Source: Candidatus Omnitrophota bacterium (GTDB taxonomy: Bacteria; Omnitrophota; Gorgyraeia; 2-01-FULL-45-10). From it: 64,000 bases of DNA. A program made the position numbers and the translations under genes. Numbering within the stretch: the first letter of the stretch is position 1; the number at the start of each line of letters is the position of its first letter. Under the pieces are notes generated by a model. It was not told the origin of the DNA, searched no databases, and saw only the letters and a program-made list of their open reading frames with translations. The stretch covers positions 75,539-139,538 of the forward strand of contig JAMWCX010000001.1 of the NCBI GenBank assembly GCA_023818895.1. Direction: 5' to 3'. Shown here in pieces: positions 57,814 to 64,000 of the stretch.

Positions 57814-59346
57814 TTATGTGATGAATAGATTGTGTGAAGAGAATTTGCCATCGGTGGTTAGGTTGACTCCCAGCATCTTTAGGCCTACATCATCGCCGGG
57901 CGTTGGTATATGGGTCATGTGCATCTCGCAGTCGCGTAATTCAATAAGCTTCTTCATGGCAAGCTCCGCGGTGTGGTTTGTTGTTGCGCTTATTGAAAGA
58001 GCAATCAGTGCCTCTTCCAGATCAAGGCTTTCAGGTTCGCATTTTAAAACTTCCTCTTTCAGGGAATTTATTTGATTTATTATATGGGGCGATATAAGCA
58101 GTATCTCATCGGGTATATTTGAGAGCGTCTTAACGGCGTTTAGTATGAGGCTTGAAGCGGCATGCAGCATTTTGGAATTTTTCCCTGTAACAATACGTCC
58201 GTCTTTCAGCTCAATAGCGGCGCCGCAGTATATGCCAGCATTGCCTTTTCCCTTTTTTTCAGCCTCTTCAGCCGCTTTTCTGGCGACCTCGACGACTTTC
58301 CTGTCAGTAACTTTTACCCCCATCTCTTCCATCAGCATCGCTACTCTATCTACAACCTCCCTTTTTTCTATGCCGAGGACATATTCTTGATTGTAGCGGA
58401 AGTAGCGGCGAATGAATTCCTGTTTGGCGGCTTCCCGAACGATCTCATCATCTACTATGCCGAAACCGGCGCGATTGACGCCCATGTCAGTCGGCGAATT
58501 ATAGACTGGCAGGTTTGCGGCCTTGCTGTTCAGTATCCGCGTAAGGATTAATTTAAGAATGGGGAAGCTCTCGACGTCGCGATTGTAATTTATGGCCGTC
58601 TCGTTGTACTTGGCCAGATGGAAAGGGTCTACAAGATTGAAGTCGGATATGTCTGCCGTCGCCGCCTCGTAAGCGACATTTACTGGATGCTTGAGTGGCA
58701 AGTTCCATATAGGAAACGTCTCAAACTTCGCATAACCGGCGTTTATGCCTCTTTTGTGCTCATGGTATAGCTGCGAAAGGCACACGGAAAGCTTTCCACT
58801 GTTGGGTCCCGGCGCCGTGACTACCACGATCGGTTTTTTTGTCTCTATGTAGTCGTTCTTGCCAAAACCCATTTCGCTTACGACATGGTCTACATTCGTT
58901 GGGTATCCTTCTATAGGGTAGTGGAGAGAAACCTTAACGCCGCGCCGTTCAAGCTTATTTTTGAATATGACCGCGGAAGGTTGGCCTGCGAAACGGGTGA
59001 TGACGACCGTCGAGATATCGAGTCCCCACTTTCTTAGATCGTCTATTAGCTTGAATGTTGCGGCATCGTAGGTTATGCCGAAGTCGCCGCGAACCCTCCC
59101 CTTTTCGATATCGCCGGCATATATAGCCAGGACTATCTCGATCTTGTCCTTCAGCTGTTGTAAGAGTCTTATCTTGACGTTAGGATCGTAGCCGGGCAGG
59201 ACTCTTGCGGCGTGATAGTCACAACAGAGCTTTCCGCCAAACTCGAGATATAGTTTTGAGTCAAACTTATTAGCGCGGTCTATTATCGCAGCGGTTTGTT
59301 CTTTGAGGTATTTTTCGTTGTCGAAACCTATTCTTGCCCTTGCCAT
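57814..59346 (-). CDS. DUF1846 / UPF0371-family protein
   Basis: 510 aa. The N-terminus (MARARIGFDNEKYLKEQTAAIIDRANKFDSKLYLEFGGKL..DYHAARVLPGYDPN) resembles UPF0371 proteins. This assignment is from memory. Confidence 0.5.
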   Translation of the reverse strand: MARARIGFDNEKYLKEQTAAIIDRANKFDSKLYLEFGGKLCCDYHAARVLPGYDPNVKIRLLQQLKDKIEIVLAIYAGDIEKGRVRGDFGITYDAATFKLIDDLRKWGLDISTVVITRFAGQPSAVIFKNKLERRGVKVSLHYPIEGYPTNVDHVVSEMGFGKNDYIETKKPIVVVTAPGPNSGKLSVCLSQLYHEHKRGINAGYAKFETFPIWNLPLKHPVNVAYEAATADISDFNLVDPFHLAKYNETAINYNRDVESFPILKLILTRILNSKAANLPVYNSPTDMGVNRAGFGIVDDEIVREAAKQEFIRRYFRYNQEYVLGIEKREVVDRVAMLMEEMGVKVTDRKVVEVARKAAEEAEKKGKGNAGIYCGAAIELKDGRIVTGKNSKMLHAASSLILNAVKTLSNIPDEILLISPHIINQINSLKEEVLKCEPESLDLEEALIALSISATTNHTAELAMKKLIELRDCEMHMTHIPTPGDDVGLKMLGVNLTTDGKFSSHNLFIT

Positions 59347-59406
59347 AGCTTTGCATAATTATTAGGCAAAATTATACTATTCCGCGACATAGGTGTAAAT
59401 AGAAAA

Positions 59407-59805
59407 CTATTTTATAATATTTATCGTTTGGCCGGAGGACTCCATCTCTTTACGAAACGCCTCGTTTGCTGCCTTGAAGATCGCCGGATTTGATTGCCAC
59501 CCCTTGTATTTCGGGCGAGAGTTTGCCCACTGCTCGAAAATGGCCCACCTGAATTGGGCAAGCGTAACTTCTTCGCCTGACATACCGATCTTGTTTGTAT
59601 TATGGTCGGTAACGGTCTTCTTTATTTCGCCGCCCCTGTAATTGATTATGGGCGTCACCTTTCCTGTGAGAGCATTATATTTCGACGGTATCTTTATCCC
59701 GCCGATCTCGTAATTTACCGTGCGTATGAATACAAGGCGATATAAGAAAAACGTGGCTACAAGCGCCACTGCGCTCAAGAGAGTCATCTTCAATGTCCTG
59801 TTCAT
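59407..59805 (-). CDS. Hypothetical protein with an N-terminal transmembrane anchor
   Basis: 132-aa ORF with one N-terminal hydrophobic helix. No family was recognised. Confidence 0.35.
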   Translation of the reverse strand: MNRTLKMTLLSAVALVATFFLYRLVFIRTVNYEIGGIKIPSKYNALTGKVTPIINYRGGEIKKTVTDHNTNKIGMSGEEVTLAQFRWAIFEQWANSRPKYKGWQSNPAIFKAANEAFRKEMESSGQTINIIK

Positions 59806-59819
59806 GCTCTTCCCCTTTC

Positions 59820-60248
59820 TTAATCCACTATTTTTCCCTCTACGTCTATGACATTTTCGTCCTTTTTATTGATATTCTTACGGCTATACGCGAAGAAAGT
59901 TATGTTAGCCTTGGGAATCATTATCAGGTTAAGGAGAAAGCTTATGAAACTGAAAAAAAGAGCCGCGAAGAACGCGCTCCAAAAGCTTTCTATGACGAAT
60001 CCCTTTACGGCCCTCGAAGCAAGATATAACATGAACGCGTTTATTAGGAGAGTAAACATACCGAGAGACATTATATTTATGGGCAGCGTTAATAGAAGCA
60101 GCGCAGGGCGCACGAAAGCATTAAGAAGACCGATTAAGACAGAAGCTACCACTAAAGATTCCCATCCTGACGCCCTTATGCCCGGCACAATATTGACAAC
60201 AAAAAAGAGTGCTATTATATTTATCGTTAATTTTATTATGAAACCCAT
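59820..60248 (-). CDS. DUF360 / phage-holin-4-like small membrane protein (YvlD-like)
   Basis: The pattern NIVPGIRASGWESLVVASVLIGLLNAFVRPALLLLTLPINIMSLGMFTLLINAFML matches the conserved PF04020 core. Confidence 0.5.
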   Translation of the reverse strand: MGFIIKLTINIIALFFVVNIVPGIRASGWESLVVASVLIGLLNAFVRPALLLLTLPINIMSLGMFTLLINAFMLYLASRAVKGFVIESFWSAFFAALFFSFISFLLNLIMIPKANITFFAYSRKNINKKDENVIDVEGKIVD

Positions 60249-60249
60249 C

Positions 60250-60666
60250 TTACTCCCCTATTATTTTTATAAGTACACGTTTCGGTCTTCTACCATCAAA
60301 TTCACCGTAAAAAATCTGCTCCCAGGGGCCAAAGTCTAGTTTCCCAGCGGTAATCGCAACGACTACCTCTCTACCCATGACTGTACGCTTCAAGTGGGCG
60401 TCAGCGTTATCTTCACCGGTCAAATTATGCCGATACTTGTCTTTGCTATAAGGGGCTAATCTTTCGAGCCAGGTATTAAAATCCTGACGCAGGCCATTTT
60501 CATCGTCATTTATAAAGCAGCTGGCGGTAATGTGCATTGCATTGACAAGGCAGAGGCCCTCTTTGATGGAACTCTTGCGGACAGCCTCTTCCACCTGAGG
60601 GGTGATGTTTATGAGTTCCTGTCGAGATTTTGTGTTGAATGTCAGATACTGTGTGTATGACTTCAC
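60250..60666 (-). CDS. YjbQ-family protein (UPF0047; secondary thiamine-phosphate synthase-like)
   Basis: 138 aa with YjbQ-like sequence throughout ([24 protein letters not shown]...[20 protein letters not shown]). Confidence 0.75.
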   Translation of the reverse strand: MKSYTQYLTFNTKSRQELINITPQVEEAVRKSSIKEGLCLVNAMHITASCFINDDENGLRQDFNTWLERLAPYSKDKYRHNLTGEDNADAHLKRTVMGREVVVAITAGKLDFGPWEQIFYGEFDGRRPKRVLIKIIGE

Positions 60667-60700
60667 GGTGCGTTTTCTTCCTGATACCGAGCTATTTTCC

Positions 60701-61684
60701 TTAAGGCAGGGAGCCTTCGTTTATAGAGTCGATAAATTCTAACATCTTTTCGTAGCTTTTTACAACAGATATCTTTTCGCGAATTCGCTTCGCAAGAGGA
60801 AAGGACTTAAGATACCATATCGCCACCTTTCGCATGAGGCCCACTCTCACCTTTTCGGAGGCGTCACAATATGTTTCTAGGTATGAGAGGTGTTTTTTGA
60901 GGACGTTTTTCTTATCCTCCAGCGTTGGTGACGCAACTTCCTTTCCGTTTGATATATACTCGGCGATCGCCCTGAATATCCACGGGTTTCCCAGACCGCC
61001 GCGCGCGACCAGTATGCCATCGCATCCGGTGGCAGCAAGCATTTTGCCAGCATGTTGCGGCGATAATATATTTCCGCTGCCGAAAACAGGTATATCGACG
61101 GAATTTTTAACGGCCTTTATTGTGTCATAATCTATATCTCCGGAATATTGCTGAAGCCTCGTCCGGCCGTGAACGAACAAGGCGGATGCGCCCGCATCCT
61201 CGATCATCCTGGCGATATCGACCATATCCTGGCATGTCTCGTTTTTATAACCTATCCTTATCTTTACCGTAACTGGGATATCAAGTGCAGAGGAAAGTCT
61301 GTTTATTATAGCGCGCAGATTTTCGCGGTCCTGCAGAAGGTATGAGCCCGCCTTCTTGCGTATGACCTTTTTAGCCGGACAGGCTGCGTTTATATCGAGA
61401 AAGGATATCTTCAAGCGCGACAGGATGTCTTCCGCTGCCTTGAGCATGATATCAGGCTTCGAACCCAGAAGCTGAAGGGCAATCGGACGATCCTTATCGT
61501 GCGTTTTAAGAAGCGAGAGGGTCTTTTTTCTATGGTAAAAGACCGAATGGGAATCTACCATCTCGAAAAAAGCAAACGCCGCGTCGTGCTCCCTGGCTAT
61601 AAGCCTGAAAGCCAGATCGGTGCAGCCGGACATAGGCGCAAGAAGGATGTTTGTTGGAAGAATATATTTTCCTATCGCCAGCAT
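60701..61684 (-). CDS. dus: tRNA-dihydrouridine synthase
   Basis: A TIM-barrel FMN enzyme with [21 protein letters not shown] and a conserved Lys/His pattern. Confidence 0.8.
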   Translation of the reverse strand: MLAIGKYILPTNILLAPMSGCTDLAFRLIAREHDAAFAFFEMVDSHSVFYHRKKTLSLLKTHDKDRPIALQLLGSKPDIMLKAAEDILSRLKISFLDINAACPAKKVIRKKAGSYLLQDRENLRAIINRLSSALDIPVTVKIRIGYKNETCQDMVDIARMIEDAGASALFVHGRTRLQQYSGDIDYDTIKAVKNSVDIPVFGSGNILSPQHAGKMLAATGCDGILVARGGLGNPWIFRAIAEYISNGKEVASPTLEDKKNVLKKHLSYLETYCDASEKVRVGLMRKVAIWYLKSFPLAKRIREKISVVKSYEKMLEFIDSINEGSLP

Positions 61685-61780
61685 AAAATTTTATCCCTTA
61701 AGGTAATAATAAACATTTTACGTCGAAGTTTTTTGTGTTGCAATTTGAATTTTTTTAAAAATATGATATAATTTACTTCA

Positions 61781-62275
61781 ATGAAAACTCATAATACCCT
61801 GCTGAAATATTTATTATGTGTTTTTGTGGTCGTGGCCTTGTCCTGCGTAAGCGCTTTTGGCCAAGAGCATATACGGAAACTTGATGCCGTGCGGGCCTCG
61901 ATGACAAAGGTGGGCAGCTCTCTTCCTGAGCTCATCCGAAAAGCACAGCCGAGGGATATAAGGACACTGGAAAGATTGTTTGAAATAAACAACTATGCCC
62001 TCGTAACCATCGAATCGTACCTGAAGATGATCAAGATAGCGCTTTCTTCAGGGACTGGTATCAACAAAGAGGTCTTGGAGGTTCTGAACGGTTGGCTTAA
62101 GTTTATATCTCACTACTGCGATTACGATATCAAATATATCGATGAGGCGATTGCTGAAACAAAGGACTCCGCTGTTGTAGAGGCGCTTAAGACCCAGAAG
62201 ACCAACATCTCGACGCTAAAGGAGACTTCCCAGGCCGGCATTAAAGAAAACACCGAACTCTCCAATAAATTATAA
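61781..62275 (+). CDS. Hypothetical secreted protein
   Basis: Has a signal peptide (MKTHNTLLKYLLCVFVVVALSCVSAFG). No family was recognised. An extended -10 element (TGATATAAT) lies at 61757-61765. Confidence 0.35.
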   Translation: MKTHNTLLKYLLCVFVVVALSCVSAFGQEHIRKLDAVRASMTKVGSSLPELIRKAQPRDIRTLERLFEINNYALVTIESYLKMIKIALSSGTGINKEVLEVLNGWLKFISHYCDYDIKYIDEAIAETKDSAVVEALKTQKTNISTLKETSQAGIKENTELSNKL

Positions 62276-62301
62276 CCTTTTTGGATATTTCCTAATATAG
62301 A

Positions 62302-62724
62302 TTATTGTCTGGTTGCCCGGAGGGATTTACTTTCTTTAATTCTCTTCGGCCCCGGCTCCGGCGAGAGACTGCTGGTTATAGGGGCGAACGCGAGATTTAT
62401 CTTTTCTGCTGGCGGCATTAGTTCGACAACTTCGACATTTTCAAATTCAAGATAGTCTGCCCTCTTCTCTTTAACCGCCATTATCTTATCGGCGTTTTCC
62501 TTAAGTTCGGCCTCCGTTTTTTGCGCGTCTTCCTTGATTGAGTTAAGCAAAATTTGTTTCTGCTCAAGGTCGCTTGTGTATTGGCCGGAGTAAGAGGTGA
62601 TAGTTTCAGCTGCGCAGGTGGACATAAGAAAAGACACGCCCGTAAGGAATATCCCCATCCATAAAATTCCTTTTTTATAGAAGACAGTTTTTAGTTTAAG
62701 GCGTAAGAGCTTCATTTTCAACAC
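62302..62724 (-). CDS. Hypothetical secreted or membrane-anchored protein
   Basis: An N-terminal hydrophobic segment followed by a coiled-coil-like charged region. Confidence 0.35.
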   Translation of the reverse strand: MLKMKLLRLKLKTVFYKKGILWMGIFLTGVSFLMSTCAAETITSYSGQYTSDLEQKQILLNSIKEDAQKTEAELKENADKIMAVKEKRADYLEFENVEVVELMPPAEKINLAFAPITSSLSPEPGPKRIKESKSLRATRQ

Positions 62725-62842
62725 CTCGACTTCCGCTTTCTAAAAGTTTTTATCATAGAATCAAAAAAAATTACATCCTCACATTACTAGTATACCATAA
62801 AATAAGACATAAACAAGCATGTTAAACTAACTTTTTTGTATT

Positions 62843-64000
62843 TTAATCGGGGAATGGGATTATTTTCTCGACGGAAAAATTGTGTTCGAAAGCAGTATTG
62901 GCTGCTAAATGAGGGGCCTTGAGCTGCGCCTCTTGGCCGCCTTCGGAAATTCTTCTGCGCCTGTAATCTTCCAGCGCCCCATCTCTAAGGACTTTCAGCA
63001 CAGGGCTTTTTAATAGCTGGGCGTTTCTTACATAGTCGTATTCCCTGTCCTGCCTTCTAAGTTCGCTTTCCATCGATACCAAAAAACGTTTTTTATCCTC
63101 TTCGGATAAGTCAGTATTCGCGAATTCCACAAGGAAAGCGTAGCGCGGGCCTTCCTCGGGGTGCGCAACCGCGCAAAAAAATTTAAGTGAGATATTCTCC
63201 ATTTTTACGACGTTGCTAAGTGCCGCATTGACATGTGATTCATAAAGTTTTTCACCTGCCAGGGATGAGGCGCCCTTGCCTTTTTGGACGAACTCTATCA
63301 TCGGCGTCTTATTGTAGAAGTCGTATACTTTTATTATGTCATCGATGTTATATCTGTAGAGTCCGCCCGCTGTGGTTACTACCAGAAAATATTCTTTGTC
63401 CTTCTCGAGTTCATTGCATAGTAAAACCCTTTTGCGAGCGCTGTTTTCGTCTTCGCGCGGTATGAATTCATAAAAATTGGTCTGTATGGCCAGCACTCCG
63501 CCGGCGTCGGTGTCATTGATCGGTATCGAGCTTCTGGCCTCGGTGGAAACACAACCCATATCCCTGGTGGGAACTTTGCCAAAATATGACTCCAATTCTT
63601 TCAGATATATCCCCATGACGCCGCCCTTCCAGCACTCGATTAGTTTAAGATTCGGCCAAATATATCTGGGCATAAGCATGCCGTGTTCTTTTATTATATT
63701 TCGAAGTTTGTCAGCTCTACGCTTGTCAGCTTTAAGTCCTTTTTCTATAATCCTGCGTATCCGCGAGGGGATATCAAAGTCACCACAGACAGTCCCTTTT
63801 TCTATATCCTCTATTATAAGATTTTTCCATTTGTCGATCTTGCGGCATAATATGGTTATTGCGTTAGGGTTTAGGGTAGCGATATCGGTTATATCGGCCT
63901 GTATGGCAAGGCGTAGTATCGTGTAGTGGCGGGCTTCATACGACTCGATTTCGAATACCTCATACGGAATAGCGTAAAGTTTTTTTACCGGCCCCGGCAG
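62843..64000 (-). CDS. GH3-family (acyl acid-amido synthetase-like adenylating enzyme) protein; its 5' end lies beyond the window
   Basis: The reading frame is open to the window edge. The C-terminal half (YNIDDIIKVYDFYNKTPMIEFVQKGK...) and the upstream part (LPGPVKKLYAIPYEVFEIESYEARHYTILRLAIQADITDIATLNPNAITIL) resemble PF03321 GH3 proteins. Confidence 0.55.
   Translation of the reverse strand: MPGPVKKLYAIPYEVFEIESYEARHYTILRLAIQADITDIATLNPNAITILCRKIDKWKNLIIEDIEKGTVCGDFDIPSRIRRIIEKGLKADKRRADKLRNIIKEHGMLMPRYIWPNLKLIECWKGGVMGIYLKELESYFGKVPTRDMGCVSTEARSSIPINDTDAGGVLAIQTNFYEFIPREDENSARKRVLLCNELEKDKEYFLVVTTAGGLYRYNIDDIIKVYDFYNKTPMIEFVQKGKGASSLAGEKLYESHVNAALSNVVKMENISLKFFCAVAHPEEGPRYAFLVEFANTDLSEEDKKRFLVSMESELRRQDREYDYVRNAQLLKSPVLKVLRDGALEDYRRRRISEGGQEAQLKAPHLAANTAFEHNFSVEKIIPFPD

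Noticed and set aside
1-64000. Search for CRISPR arrays, rRNA, transposases, integrases and prophage blocks
   Set aside because: No short regularly spaced direct repeats, no rRNA-like conserved stretches, and no transposase or integrase motifs (DDE, tyrosine or serine recombinase) were seen in any ORF. The window appears to be core chromosome apart from the giant gene.

Overview
This is a 64-kb chromosomal segment from a diderm (Gram-negative-type) bacterium with about 47% GC. Most of it is tightly packed housekeeping genes, but one 10.5-kb open reading frame stands out as the main finding. The diderm call rests on an LpxA gene and an outer-membrane beta-barrel candidate that ends in Phe.

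Supportable genes on the + strand (left arm) are the 3' end of glycyl-tRNA synthetase, pyruvate phosphate dikinase, a short sigma-70 factor, adenine phosphoribosyltransferase, tRNA-Arg(CCT), LpxA, an M48 protease, an endonuclease III-like protein, EF-P, and a ferredoxin plus Fe-S flavoprotein pair. The left arm also carries an inositol monophosphatase, an FAD-linked oxidase translationally coupled to a LarA-family nickel-pincer racemase homolog, a staphylococcal-nuclease-like lipoprotein, a flippase and a DUF134 regulator. The strand then switches to a minus-strand block: a HypA-like gene, a thioesterase, an M50 protease, a SYLF protein, a DUF47 protein, a PiT phosphate transporter, MnmG, a receiver domain, a LOG-family protein, a ParA ATPase fused to a CBM48 glycogen-binding module, and a purine/pyrimidine operon (purQ, a PurS-PurS-PurL fusion, guaA, purF, carB, carA). 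GlgC lies on the + strand within this block.

The most unusual feature is a single uninterrupted 10,536-nt ORF (47086..57621, minus strand). It encodes a 3,511-aa signal-peptide-bearing protein with several predicted transmembrane segments. By eye I recognise, in order: a GHKL/HATPase_c-like module, two class-I SAM methyltransferase folds, a CheD-like Cys/His motif, an MraZ/AbrB-like double swapped-hairpin module, a duplicated 'KRD[DE]EH..LGGMDH' element each followed by a GNAT-like acyltransferase fold, and a transglutaminase-like Cys/His/Asp core. The gene has its own near-consensus sigma-70 promoter and a Rho-independent terminator. This matches the 'giant gene' class reported in some uncultivated lineages, and the domain combination is not one I can assign to any characterised family.

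Secondary points of interest:
- The ParA-CBM48 fusion, a possible glycogen-granule positioning ATPase.
- The LarA plus FAD-oxidase operon, bracketed by two paralogous glycine-zipper, Gln/Tyr-rich secreted proteins.
- An orphan HypA-like nickel chaperone with no hydrogenase genes nearby.
- An EF-P that lacks the canonical KPGKG loop.
- A recurrent TTGACA-N16/17-TATACT promoter architecture.

No CRISPR array, rRNA, transposase or integrase genes were seen.
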